Source of the DNA: a virus
Strand: one strand, 5' to 3'
IMG/VR virus record: IMGVR_UViG_3300027741_000053
Span: 7,669-71,668 of that record
Length of the DNA stretch: 64,000 nt
The notes under the pieces were generated by a model. The model did no database searches. It was not told the origin of the DNA and was given only the letters and a program-made list of their open reading frames with translations. A program made the translations under genes and the position numbers. Shown here piece after piece: positions 1 through 8,863 of this stretch (position 1 is the first letter of the stretch; each line of letters starts with the position of its first letter).

Positions 1-189
1 TGCCAACTCACTATCATCCATGTCTTCGGCTAAGTTAGCTCCAAAGTCTTCTTCGTCTTCTGTGAGTTCAATTTCCAGCCCGCCAGCTCGGATTGTTACC
101 GATTCAGGATCTACGATCTCAATCTCAATTGGTTCTTCATCTAATCCTTCAAGTCCAACCGGAGCTTGATACAAAGCTTTGTCAAACAT
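1..189 (-). CDS. Portal protein, 5' fragment (duplicate of the start of 59484..61871)
   Basis: Matches 61683-61871. Confidence 0.85.
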   Translation of the reverse strand, partial: MFDKALYQAPVGLEGLDEEPIEIEIVDPESVTIRAGGLEIELTEDEEDFGANLAEDMDDSELA

Positions 190-197
190 AAAAATCC

Positions 198-1730
198 TTA
201 ATAGTATTCAACTCGACGGCGAAACTGAGGAATATCTTCCTCTTCATCTAATTGAGTGCGAATATACCCGCCTTTCCTAAATCGCATCAAGGCCAAAGAC
301 ACAGTATCCACATAGTCGTCATGATCGCCCGAAGGAAATGAAGCAACCTCGTCTATAACTTCTTCGGCCCAATTCTTATCCGGAGCCCAAACCCTACCCG
401 AGGCAAACAGATCTGAAACCGCGTTTACCCTCGTAATCTTGTCATTCCCCCTCACAGGGGTGAACTCTTGAACAGGAATCCCCATGGCTCTTAATTCATA
501 TATCAAAGGCGCCCCTGAAGCCTTCTTCTCAATAATCACAGAGTCCGGCTCCCACTCTTTGTATTCCTCAATAGCCCACTTTTTTAACTGCGGGAATTCT
601 ACCCTATCTCTCTTGGCATTTAACAAAATTACATTGGTTTGATCTATACCAGCATCATCTGGATAAGTAAATACCCCCCACGTTGTACAAGCCGAGTAGT
701 CAGCTCTTGTGCTTTTTTCATAAGCCGTATCCCAAGCCATCAAAATAAAATCTATCGTGGGAGGCTTTTCTCTTTCCCAAATCTTCCACCACTCTCTTTT
801 TATGATTGCGGAAGATTCAGATGTTGGATTTTGTTGGTATTGAGCTTGCCATTTAGAGTTTGGAAGCTCAGTCCTTAGAGCTTCTAACTCTTCTAAAGAC
901 CAGAATTCAGGCCAGAGAGGAAGGCCAGATGGCATGATTGCCGGGAATTCAATCACCTCCCAGCCTTCTCCGCCCCTCTGAGCTTCGGCCTTAACAACTT
1001 GCCCCGTCAGATCCCGCTTGCCCCAGCGAGTCATAACAATAACTATAGCCCCACCCGGCTGAAGACGCTGTCTTGGGCCAGATGTAAACCACTCATAAAC
1101 CTTATCGTAAATCGAAGGATCGTTCGCGGCCAGAGCAGCCTCTTGTTCCGAATGAGGATCGTCAATAATCAAAAGATCCGCACCCTTACCCGTAACCGTA
1201 CCCCCAATACCAATAGCAAAATACTCGCCATCCTTATTAGTTGACCACCTTCCTGCCGCTTTTGAGTCGTGCCTCAAGCTCACATTAGGAAAGATTTTTG
1301 CGTACGCCTCCCCGCCAACTAAGTTTCTTACCTTTCTACCAAAACCCACAGCCAGATCAGCCGTGTTCGACGACTGAATAATCTTTTTATCTGGATACTT
1401 CCCCAAAAACCAAGCCGGTAGAAGGTAACTCGCAAACTCACTCTTCGTATGACGCGGCGGCATGTTGATAATCAACCTCTTCAACCTTCCAGAGGCGATC
1501 TCTTCAAATTTTTTTGCCATAACAATGTGATGCCGCCCAGAGATAAACCCCGGCCACATTGCTTTTACAAACTCTAAAAACTCATCCGCACCACGTTCGC
1601 GGGTAACAGCCGTCTGATACTCCCCCGCAATCTGTAAAAGATGCTCCCTATCAGACTCCCCTAAACTTTCTAACACCACAGAAAGAATAGAAGGATCCTT
1701 CAACAAACTCAAAAGCTCCTCATCCTTCAT
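198..1730 (-). CDS. terL: Terminase large subunit
   Basis: Walker A-like MPPRHTKS, Walker B LLIIDDP, VMTRW motif, RNase H-like WDTA and HDDYVD; adjacent to portal. Confidence 0.95.
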   Translation of the reverse strand: MKDEELLSLLKDPSILSVVLESLGESDREHLLQIAGEYQTAVTRERGADEFLEFVKAMWPGFISGRHHIVMAKKFEEIASGRLKRLIINMPPRHTKSEFASYLLPAWFLGKYPDKKIIQSSNTADLAVGFGRKVRNLVGGEAYAKIFPNVSLRHDSKAAGRWSTNKDGEYFAIGIGGTVTGKGADLLIIDDPHSEQEAALAANDPSIYDKVYEWFTSGPRQRLQPGGAIVIVMTRWGKRDLTGQVVKAEAQRGGEGWEVIEFPAIMPSGLPLWPEFWSLEELEALRTELPNSKWQAQYQQNPTSESSAIIKREWWKIWEREKPPTIDFILMAWDTAYEKSTRADYSACTTWGVFTYPDDAGIDQTNVILLNAKRDRVEFPQLKKWAIEEYKEWEPDSVIIEKKASGAPLIYELRAMGIPVQEFTPVRGNDKITRVNAVSDLFASGRVWAPDKNWAEEVIDEVASFPSGDHDDYVDTVSLALMRFRKGGYIRTQLDEEEDIPQFRRRVEYY

Positions 1731-1951
1731 TCAAGGTTCCTCAACTTTATACTCTTAGGGCGTATAGACCGATGACTCTTTGGAGTATGCACACAAACCC
1801 CCAACTTAACCAAAGCCTTCATCGTTCTATAAACCCCACCCCTACTCTTCCTGCCCGTTACATACATAACGTCATCTATGGTTGGACCGAAGCCATAACG
1901 CCTCCACCATTCGTCCAATAACATGTACATTTCTTTCTGAGCCGGGGTCAT
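1727..1951 (-). CDS. Stand-alone LexA-type winged-helix DNA-binding protein
   Basis: MTPAQKE...YGFGPTIDDV...KSRGGVYRTMKALVKLG...RSIR follows the LexA N-terminal pattern; ATG at 1951; stop overlaps the terL start; no peptidase domain. Confidence 0.7.
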   Translation of the reverse strand: MTPAQKEMYMLLDEWWRRYGFGPTIDDVMYVTGRKSRGGVYRTMKALVKLGVCVHTPKSHRSIRPKSIKLRNLE

Positions 1952-2095
1952 ATTTACCTGTTTTGGGGTTCTTCCCCCACTTTGCTCGATACTGACCGGC
2001 GAGCGAGCGAGACTTTTTCCCACTTTACCGCCCAAACCGCCCTATTGTAGGGGACCACGCCCCACTTTTTAAAAAGTTAATACAAAGATTTAGCA

Positions 2096-2146
2096 TAACA
2101 TTTGTTACTGTGATTGCAAAAAACATAACGAATGTAACATTTGTTA
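2096..2146. promoter_or_regulatory. Two copies of the imperfect palindrome TAACATTTGTTA (2096-2107, 2135-2146); candidate operator or packaging site
   Basis: Seen directly in the AT-rich terS-lexA-like intergenic region. Confidence 0.45.
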
Positions 2147-2315
2147 GGTTCGTTAAAAATTTTGGTGTAAATTTTTTTGATGGGGTGGGTATTTTGGATG
2201 GGGGGTGGTTTTTAGACGGGATCAAACGTCGGGATTACTAAGCATAGGCGGGGGCAGGCACGACGCCGATCCGCCCTCCCCCCCCTCCGGTGCGTCGCCG
2301 TCCTGCGCGTTTGCG

Positions 2316-2951
2316 TCAAGCCGCACCCCCTGCATCCGTCTCTGCGTCCACTGCCTGCGCTGCGCGGATGCGTTGCATGACGCGCTCGTCCGTCGTGATC
2401 GCGGTGCGTAGCGTCTCTAGCAGCCGCTCTCGTAGCGATCCGCTATCCGTTACCGTGACCACTTCGCGCCGCTCCGTAAATGCTGCCACCTCGGTGACCT
2501 TCCCCAGTAGCTCCAGCGCCCTGAGTCTCTGAGCTGGTGCAATGTCGTCATCGATTGCAGTAGCCGTCAGTCTTTCGATCACTAAGTTACGCAGCGCTGC
2601 TGGTGTTGCATAACGTTTCGCTTCAGCGGCCAGCTTGAACGCTTCGATCTGGAGGGCAACTTTCGGGTTGTTTACTAGTCGCTGCGCCTCGACTGCCTGA
2701 ACGGCTCCGCTTGCCTGAGTGTCGTAGCTCTGTCTGTACGCTCCGGTCTTTGTCTCTCCTAGTGCTACTGCTTCAGCGAATGCTCTCTGTTTCCGAGTCA
2801 ATGTCCCAGCTGATGGCGCTCCTAGCACTACTCGGTCAATCGGTACTGCCTCGAGTGTTTCCCTGATTGCGCGTTTGCTCATCCGTGCTGGCCGCCGCGC
2901 CTGGACGGCTCCAGGCTGCTCCGATCCCTTTGGTTTCTGTGGTCTATCCAT
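2316..2951 (-). CDS. terS: Terminase small subunit
   Basis: HTH-like LTRKQRAFAEAV...AYRQSY...AQRLVNNPKV and RLRALELLGK; upstream of terL. Confidence 0.7.
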   Translation of the reverse strand: MDRPQKPKGSEQPGAVQARRPARMSKRAIRETLEAVPIDRVVLGAPSAGTLTRKQRAFAEAVALGETKTGAYRQSYDTQASGAVQAVEAQRLVNNPKVALQIEAFKLAAEAKRYATPAALRNLVIERLTATAIDDDIAPAQRLRALELLGKVTEVAAFTERREVVTVTDSGSLRERLLETLRTAITTDERVMQRIRAAQAVDAETDAGGAA

Positions 2952-2992
2952 AGTCCGAGAGTCTACCGCTGCCGCCGCCTTGCATCCAGTAG

Positions 2993-3021
2993 TTGACAGT
3001 CAATACCTAACGTGTTGCAAT
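2993..3021 (+). promoter_or_regulatory. Sigma70-like early promoter TTGACA-17-TGCAAT with extended -10 TG
   Basis: Consensus -35 and 17-nt spacer, just upstream of the + strand early cluster. Confidence 0.6.
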
Positions 3022-3066
3022 GGAGTCTCTCTCAACGCAACGCCCTCAGGGCAAAGGACGGAACCC

Positions 3067-3348
3067 ATGAACATCATTTCTTTCAACACCGGACGCGGAT
3101 ATACCGCCCACGGTCAACGCATCGCCGCCACGCAACTCCCTGACGGATCCGTCGCATTCGTCGACGTAGACCGTGGCATTGACTACATCACCACTGGCCC
3201 TTGCGACCTGACCAAGTCTGATGTGATGGCAGCCTACGATCACAACTGGACTGATGGCCGCTGGTACGCGCTGCCCGACGATCTTCGCGACGAGATCAAG
3301 GCCAAGCTTCACGCAGCCGCCCGCACCGTCAAAAGCGCGGGGAATTGA
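3067..3348 (+). CDS. Small early hypothetical protein
   Basis: MNIISFNTGRGYTAHGQRIAA; RBS AAGGA; first gene after the promoter. Confidence 0.7.
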   Translation: MNIISFNTGRGYTAHGQRIAATQLPDGSVAFVDVDRGIDYITTGPCDLTKSDVMAAYDHNWTDGRWYALPDDLRDEIKAKLHAAARTVKSAGN

Positions 3349-3349
3349 G

Positions 3350-3529
3350 ATGTACCAGATCACCGCACTCTACGGCTACGCAGAGATCGCCTACGCCGAA
3401 GGCCACGACCTGAACTCAACGTGGGAAGAATGTGAGCGCCAGATCCCTGACGTTTACCGCCCGCTGCTCGAGGACATCGTGTTGCACATCGTCCGCCCGC
3501 ACGGATCCACCCACCGCGTTTACCTCTAA
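3350..3529 (+). CDS. Small early hypothetical protein
   Basis: MYQITALYGYAEIAY; tightly packed after the previous gene. Confidence 0.6.
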   Translation: MYQITALYGYAEIAYAEGHDLNSTWEECERQIPDVYRPLLEDIVLHIVRPHGSTHRVYL

Positions 3530-3565
3530 ACCCACCGGGGCCTCCGGGCCCCATCGGAGAACATC

Positions 3566-3727
3566 ATGCGAACCTACATTGCTTTCTACCGGGGCAAACA
3601 AATCGAAGTTATCGCGGCAACGTCCTACGCTGCCCAAACCGAAGCCGCCCGGGTTTTTAAGGCCCGCAAATCCTACGATGTTGTCGTAGTGCTGGCCGAC
3701 ATCCCCGTCGATCCTGCCTCGCTTTGA
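3566..3727 (+). CDS. Small early hypothetical protein (53 aa, not in ORF track)
   Basis: MRTYIAFYRGKQIEVIAATSYAAQTEAARVFKARKSYDVVVVLAD; RBS GGAG. Confidence 0.7.
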   Translation: MRTYIAFYRGKQIEVIAATSYAAQTEAARVFKARKSYDVVVVLADIPVDPASL

Positions 3728-3832
3728 TCCGGAGACCACCATGCACCACATCCTGAACTTCGTGAACTTCGGCTACGAATGCACCGCCATCTGCGCGCTC
3801 ACCCTCTTAATTTTGTCTTTCGGAGTCTGACG

Positions 3833-4066
3833 ATGCAACTGAACCTTGAGCATACCGATACGTTCGCTGGCCAATCCAACTACACTTGGGTGCGCCGTGC
3901 CACCCTAGACGCGCCTGACACGCTCTCGGATCGTGCCATCGTCCGACGCGCTAAAGCGTGGGCGGGCCTCTCCGGGATCCGCTGCCGCGTGGAACACATT
4001 GGCGACATGATCGCGATCTGGCCCACTGGCATCTGCCATGTCGTTTTCGTCACCTTCGGAGCCTGA
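3833..4066 (+). CDS. Small early hypothetical protein
   Basis: TDTFAGQSNYTWVRR motif seen in phage early proteins; RBS GGAG. Confidence 0.7.
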   Translation: MQLNLEHTDTFAGQSNYTWVRRATLDAPDTLSDRAIVRRAKAWAGLSGIRCRVEHIGDMIAIWPTGICHVVFVTFGA

Positions 4067-4068
4067 CC

Positions 4069-4248
4069 ATGAAGATCACCGTCCGCATCCGGCACATCTA
4101 CGGCAACCGCACGATCTACCCAGTCTGCGAATTCGCTCACGCGTTCGCCCAGATCGCCGGTACTCAAACCCTGCCGTTCTGGATTATCGACAAGATCAAA
4201 AAGCTAGGCTACGAGATCGTAGTCGAACAAGAGGCCGTGACGCTATGA
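4069..4248 (+). CDS. Small early hypothetical protein
   Basis: MKITVRIRHIYGNRTIYPVCE; RBS GGAG. Confidence 0.7.
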   Translation: MKITVRIRHIYGNRTIYPVCEFAHAFAQIAGTQTLPFWIIDKIKKLGYEIVVEQEAVTL

Positions 4249-4442
4249 GCCGCATCCAAGTCTACTTCGACAAGCCGAGCCGCAATTGGTTCGCCTACTA
4301 CCGCGATTCCATCGGGCAGCTAGGCGACGCCCAGCACGGGGCAACCCGCGACGAAGCCGTGTTCGCCCTCGGCCTCGAGATGGGGCGCCACCCTGAACGG
4401 TTCACAAGACCGTTCTCCGAGTACCGCATGACCACGACCTGA
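4245..4442 (+). CDS. Small early hypothetical protein
   Basis: ATGA overlap with the previous gene; MSRIQVYFDK. Confidence 0.6.
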   Translation: MSRIQVYFDKPSRNWFAYYRDSIGQLGDAQHGATRDEAVFALGLEMGRHPERFTRPFSEYRMTTT

Positions 4443-4505
4443 TTCCATCCGACTGCCTCGCGTGCGGGGCAGCAGGATGCAATCCGCATCGAACCGGAGA
4501 TCACA

Positions 4506-4703
4506 ATGATCAAAACCCTGAAACGCACCATCAAAAATCTACTCAAGCCCTACCGGGCCGTCATCGTCGACGAGGATGGCGATCGGTGGGAGCATCGAGC
4601 CATGACCACGCAGGAGGCCCGCGGCTGGTTGCGCTGCTACGGGCGCGGAGTCGGGATCATTTACACCCGGACGGGGCGCATGGTCGCCGTCCGGATTGCC
4701 TAA
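4506..4703 (+). CDS. Small early hypothetical protein
   Basis: RBS GGAG; ORF in the early cluster. Confidence 0.6.
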   Translation: MIKTLKRTIKNLLKPYRAVIVDEDGDRWEHRAMTTQEARGWLRCYGRGVGIIYTRTGRMVAVRIA

Positions 4704-4738
4704 AACCAACCGCCCCCTTCGGGGGCTCGGAGACACAC

Positions 4739-5002
4739 ATGGAACTGAACTGGATTCTCGATCCCGCCCACGGGTGGTTGGTGGTCCCGCTGGCGGAGCT
4801 GCAGAGCCTCGGCATCGTTGACCGGATCTCACGGTATTCGTACCTGAAGGATGGCGTCGCGTACCTCGAGGAAGATTGCGACGCCGAAGTCTATCTTCAG
4901 GCGCTCTACGCTAAGGGGTTCGATCCCGAGGATTTTTCCTCAAACTGCCGCAGCCTGCCGCACGACGCACCGTGCCGCAACTACTCTACCTTTAGGGGTT
5001 GA
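4739..5002 (+). CDS. Conserved phage early protein (DPxHGWL...YLEEDCD type)
   Basis: DPAHGWLVV and YLEEDCDA motifs; RBS GGAG. Confidence 0.75.
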   Translation: MELNWILDPAHGWLVVPLAELQSLGIVDRISRYSYLKDGVAYLEEDCDAEVYLQALYAKGFDPEDFSSNCRSLPHDAPCRNYSTFRG

Positions 5003-5027
5003 CAGTCAAGCCGGGATCCCTCAGACT
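4999..5027 (+). promoter_or_regulatory. Second candidate early promoter TTGACA-17-CAGACT, with the same TTGACAGTCAA palindrome as 2993
   Basis: Direct sequence match. Confidence 0.45.
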
Positions 5028-5064
5028 ACGGATACGGGGATTTCCCGGTAACGAGGAGAACACG

Positions 5065-5400
5065 ATGTGGCAAAGACTTAGATATGACGTACCAAACTTC
5101 AAGTGGGATCGCCGCCGCAAGTACGGCTGGCGATCGTTCGAGACGTTCACGAAGGGTATGTTGTTTGAAATATGGCACGGCGAGGACAAACCAACGGTTT
5201 GGTTTGGGACTAGCCAAGTAGAAGATAAGACCGTCGAGCAAATGCTGATCGAGGCTGGCGATCCAGCGATAGGCACGACGTTTGACGAAATCAAACAAAT
5301 CCACGGGTTCGCATACACCCCAGCAACGGTGGCGGTTGACTACGCACTGTCAAAGGGGTGGCTTACCGAAGATCAAATTCTGGAAGCATTGCATAACTAA
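5065..5400 (+). CDS. Hypothetical protein
   Basis: RBS GAGGAG upstream of ATG 5065. Confidence 0.65.
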   Translation: MWQRLRYDVPNFKWDRRRKYGWRSFETFTKGMLFEIWHGEDKPTVWFGTSQVEDKTVEQMLIEAGDPAIGTTFDEIKQIHGFAYTPATVAVDYALSKGWLTEDQILEALHN

Positions 5401-5408
5401 GGCCAATC

Positions 5409-5591
5409 ATGACAACGATTTTCACGCACCGGGTAACAAAGGTTGCCCTGAAACAAAAAACCATTCAGGGGACTAGCGGCCCCGTCCATACCCTCGACGT
5501 TATCGTTGAAGGGGAAACGCCGATCACCGTTACCCTTTTTTCTACTCAACCATTGGATTTATCAAATGTTATCGAATCCGACGCACATTGA
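5409..5591 (+). CDS. Hypothetical protein
   Basis: ORF in operon; TAAGG RBS. Confidence 0.55.
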   Translation: MTTIFTHRVTKVALKQKTIQGTSGPVHTLDVIVEGETPITVTLFSTQPLDLSNVIESDAH

Positions 5592-5772
5592 CCTATTTCG
5601 TCTCTGCGCCCTTCGCACGGGTTTAGTACTCGAGATCAAGGGAATGAAGAAAACCGGACGTAGCTGTTACGCCATTCTGAAAGAAATGGGTTATCGGGGA
5701 AACCGGGAGCGCGTTCTCGAGACCGTCAAAGCCGATATCGCGGCACAATTTAAGGAGTTTGGAATTGTTTGA
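5566..5772 (+). CDS. Hypothetical phage protein
   Basis: LRTGLVLEIKGMK...GRSCYAILKEMGY motif typical of phage early genes. Confidence 0.6.
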   Translation: MLSNPTHIDLFRLCALRTGLVLEIKGMKKTGRSCYAILKEMGYRGNRERVLETVKADIAAQFKEFGIV

Positions 5773-6034
5773 TTACTACACCATTTCGCAATCCCGTTAC
5801 GGTGACGGGTTCGACGTATTCGGCTGGGGCACTTATGAACGAGGATCCGTCCTCGAAGGCCAACCTAAGAAAGTGTTCCTCGATGCGTTCATGACGCTCG
5901 AAGCAGCTAAGGTTGAATTCCCCACTGCAGAACTTAGCTCGCCATGGATGGAGCCGCAAGTATCGCTCGTTCACCTTCCGGGCGAGGAGGATTTTGCACC
6001 CGGCGGGGCCTATCCCGACGATTGGGAGAACTAA
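5759..6034 (+). CDS. Hypothetical phage protein
   Basis: YERGSVLEGQPKKVFLDAF; TAAGGAG RBS. Confidence 0.65.
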   Translation: MELFDYYTISQSRYGDGFDVFGWGTYERGSVLEGQPKKVFLDAFMTLEAAKVEFPTAELSSPWMEPQVSLVHLPGEEDFAPGGAYPDDWEN

Positions 6035-6205
6035 ATGCTAAACAGGGCGCAACGCAACGCCCTGTACCGAGTATGGTGCAGGGACAATCAAGGCATGAGC
6101 TACATCCAATTCCGCCGTTCTGTAATTCCTGCTCGGGATTGCGTCATGGTGCGCTGGTGCGGTATGTGGCTCGGCATCGAAGTTGACGGTTACACACACT
6201 CATAG
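6035..6205 (+). CDS. Small conserved phage protein (56 aa, not in ORF track)
   Basis: MLNRAQRNALYRVW...WCGMWLGIEVDGYTHS. Confidence 0.7.
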   Translation: MLNRAQRNALYRVWCRDNQGMSYIQFRRSVIPARDCVMVRWCGMWLGIEVDGYTHS

Positions 6206-6213
6206 GGGCAATC

Positions 6214-6534
6214 ATGATTCTCATCAGTAGGGTACGAGAGGCAGTTGAATTCGACGAAAACGATGAACCGCTCGATCTTGAAGGGGAATTCATCGTCGAA
6301 GACGATCCGGTTTCGTTTCGCGACCTAGTCTGGTTTATGACGCAAGAAGGGTATAGCGATCCATCAAACTATCCGCCCTCGGGCTCGCAGTTTGAATGGT
6401 TATCAACGCACCCAGAAACAAACTACCGCACCGGCGCGGAAGAATGGGAAACGCTTCACTATTCTCACAAAAACCCAGAACGCAAAGCAAAATATTGGAA
6501 GAAAGCAATGATCTACGCAGGGATTATCAAATGA
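6214..6534 (+). CDS. Hypothetical protein
   Basis: ORF in operon with acidic N-terminus. Confidence 0.65.
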   Translation: MILISRVREAVEFDENDEPLDLEGEFIVEDDPVSFRDLVWFMTQEGYSDPSNYPPSGSQFEWLSTHPETNYRTGAEEWETLHYSHKNPERKAKYWKKAMIYAGIIK

Positions 6535-6797
6535 ATTTAACTTATCAAAACCTAAAAGACATTTTAGAAAAATTTACCGCCGAGCAATTGGCTTGTAACG
6601 TTTCTGTATATATCGAAGATATTGACGAAATTTACCCTGTTTTTGCCGCTCAATTTAATACTAAAGAATCGATAGGCAAAGAATTAAACACGTTAGATTC
6701 ACGGCACCCTATTCTATTTGCGGGAGCCGACGAGGAATTTGAAGACCCATCCGACTATGTCGGAATGGGGTGGGTTGATCAGAATGGGAGGCCATGA
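6531..6797 (+). CDS. Hypothetical acidic protein
   Basis: ATGA overlaps on both sides; MNLTYQNLKD. Confidence 0.6.
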   Translation: MNLTYQNLKDILEKFTAEQLACNVSVYIEDIDEIYPVFAAQFNTKESIGKELNTLDSRHPILFAGADEEFEDPSDYVGMGWVDQNGRP

Positions 6798-7465
6798 TGC
6801 TGAAGACCGTAGCAGTTTCCCGTAACTCTAAAACGGGGCCGATTGCGGTGACTTATCGTTCTGGGGACAAGTCTATCTTCGGCACTTGTCCCAAAACGTG
6901 CGGGCTCCATCCAGAAGCCTGCTCGACGGAAATAGATAAGCAATACCTTAGGGCAGTTTACAACGCCGTTCCGAAGGATGGCGTGGCATGGTCTTACTCT
7001 CATTTTCCCGCCCGCTCGTTGCCCAAACCCAAGAAGGGTAAGACGCTAATCAATGCGTCTTGCGACACCACGGAAGAAGCCGCTAAGGCCACGAAAAAGG
7101 GCAAACCGGCAGTCTATGCTGCTCCACTAGGAACACAGTGGCCTGCGGTTCACCACGGGGTCAAATTTGTCCGTTGTCCCGCTGAATTGTCCGATTCGTT
7201 CTCATGCAACGACTGCGGCAACGGCTCTCCGTTGTGCGCTAGAGAACGGGACTATGTGATCGTGTTCGTCGCCCACGGCTCCCAAAAAGCTAAAGTAGGG
7301 GAGGGTGGCGGCTGCTACGGGGCCAACGGTAACGTAGCAATTCAATGGCGGAACACACAGAAAACCGGATACAAAAACGATGCAGAAGAAATTGTCAAAT
7401 TTGCCAAACAACTACCTGCAGGATCAAAACTTCGTCATCATATTGTAGGGGATATGGGAAAATGA
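6794..7465 (+). CDS. Cys-rich conserved phage protein (NxKTG...TCPxxC; possibly Fe-S or Zn binding)
   Basis: SRNSKTGPI, TCPKTC, CPAE...CNDCG...LCA, VFVAHG and RHHIVGD motifs. Confidence 0.7.
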   Translation: MMLKTVAVSRNSKTGPIAVTYRSGDKSIFGTCPKTCGLHPEACSTEIDKQYLRAVYNAVPKDGVAWSYSHFPARSLPKPKKGKTLINASCDTTEEAAKATKKGKPAVYAAPLGTQWPAVHHGVKFVRCPAELSDSFSCNDCGNGSPLCARERDYVIVFVAHGSQKAKVGEGGGCYGANGNVAIQWRNTQKTGYKNDAEEIVKFAKQLPAGSKLRHHIVGDMGK

Positions 7466-7725
7466 GGAATATAAACGAAATGGAATGGCAGCGCCTTAAA
7501 AACGATGTAAACGGTAATTCTCGCTGGGTTTGCCACTGGCTTACCTTTGAGAAAAAACCCGATTACACTTTGACTTTATCTGAACGGTATGCCAAAGCCA
7601 TAGAATTGGCGAATAAAATAGGGGGACGAAAGTACCACACGAAAAAGTATGGTGGTGGCATAGTATTTCAATGTTATGGCCCAGAAGAAATGATGCCGCA
7701 CATTGAAAAGTTAATGAATGAATGA
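7462..7725 (+). CDS. Conserved phage hypothetical protein
   Basis: NDVNGNSRWVCH and GRKYHTKKYGGGIVFQ motifs. Confidence 0.7.
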   Translation: MRNINEMEWQRLKNDVNGNSRWVCHWLTFEKKPDYTLTLSERYAKAIELANKIGGRKYHTKKYGGGIVFQCYGPEEMMPHIEKLMNE

Positions 7726-7788
7726 TCGTTTAATTGTTTGGGCGGCCCTCATATTCTGGGCCGCTCTTATTTTTCTTGGTAAATTAAT

Positions 7789-8088
7789 ATGATGACGCTT
7801 AAAGATGGAAAGGGGAAAGTCCCCATTCCCGCATCGGGGTCTACCCCTTATAAACTCGTTGACTTCCCAACTCGAGAAGTTTTCGATGCAATGTATAACC
7901 GTCAAGTTACTGACGATAGCAAAGACAAATACTGGGATATTCTTACCGCTAGGGCTCGAGGCGCTACCTTGATTGAAGCTGGTAAGCCGCACTCCATTTC
8001 AAGGGAAAGGGTGCGGCAGATCGAAGCCAAGTTTATGCGGCTAGTTTCAACCCTGTCGAAAAAAGATACTTCCGAAAGGACGAACTAG
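7789..8088 (+). CDS. Sigma70 region-4-like HTH protein
   Basis: GATLIEAG...ISRERVRQIEAK matches the sigma r4 signature. Confidence 0.7.
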   Translation: MMTLKDGKGKVPIPASGSTPYKLVDFPTREVFDAMYNRQVTDDSKDKYWDILTARARGATLIEAGKPHSISRERVRQIEAKFMRLVSTLSKKDTSERTN

Positions 8089-8863
8089 CATGGAAGATTC
8101 CGACTCTGATATGAAAGTCGTTGAAGTCCTCATCGGGTGTATCAGACAACCAGTATGGTTTGCCTGTTTGCGTCGCGGCCCTTTCGCCCGTTTTGGACAA
8201 ATCGTTGTCAGCGACGATACACCCCCCGAGTACCGCCCGAGCTACTTCCTGAAGGTTGCCTGCGCTGAAGCATACGAAAATCCGGTACGGGAGCTTGAGG
8301 GCACTCATGACTGCTCGGATCGAAAGGGCAGTTGCGTACCCCTCACAGAAGATGGGGATCCCGTTTGCGTCCATAGTGAACGATGCCCCCTTGGTTCGTT
8401 GACCATAGAGAAACTTTTTGTTCCCCTCCTCGTCGATGAACTGAACTCCAACGAGGCGGCTCGCGACGTACATCGGTATAACTAAAAGCTTCTTTCCATC
8501 CTTAACCCAGACGTTTCCACATTCGTCTGGGAAACCTTTCTTCACTAGGTAAGGGTGCGTTGTCCGGATCGTCTCGCTCATGATCCACTTAGCCTTAGAC
8601 GCAGCATTCGCCTGCGTCTTTTCTCTTTCCTGATTCGCTTTGGCAATCTCTTCCCTAACAATGTTAAGGGGACGATGGCCATCCTTCCATGTAACGGGCT
8701 TGGTCATCGTTGCCCAATTCTGCACCCAGCCAATCGTTCCTAAGTATTTGTATCTCCCATTTTGGGATCTGGGGTGATCCACTGTTGCGGTTGCGACCCA
8801 TTTGTTAGGGGTCAAGTCTTTAAGAATCAATCCATGCGATTGTGCAAATTCTTCAAATCTCAT
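8033..8863 (-). CDS. TOPRIM-domain primase
   Basis: CEGYATALS, VADND and DFND motifs; coupled to the helicase. Confidence 0.85.
   Translation of the reverse strand: MRFEEFAQSHGLILKDLTPNKWVATATVDHPRSQNGRYKYLGTIGWVQNWATMTKPVTWKDGHRPLNIVREEIAKANQEREKTQANAASKAKWIMSETIRTTHPYLVKKGFPDECGNVWVKDGKKLLVIPMYVASRLVGVQFIDEEGNKKFLYGQRTKGASFTMDANGIPIFCEGYATALSIRAVMSALKLPYRIFVCFSAGNLQEVARAVLGGCIVADNDLSKTGERAATQTGKPYWLSDTPDEDFNDFHIRVGIFHASSSFRKYLFSTGLKLAA

Larger units (their letters stand above)
1..2318. repeat. Copy 1 of a 2318-bp direct repeat (matches 61683-64000); circular wrap of a 61,682-bp genome
   Basis: Sequence and ORFs (TerL etc.) recur with a constant offset of 61,682. Confidence 0.95.

Noticed and set aside
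1727-1951. Full LexA/CI repressor implying lysogeny
   Set aside because: It lacks the S24 peptidase domain and no integrase was seen; lifestyle is unresolved, although a ParB-like gene exists.
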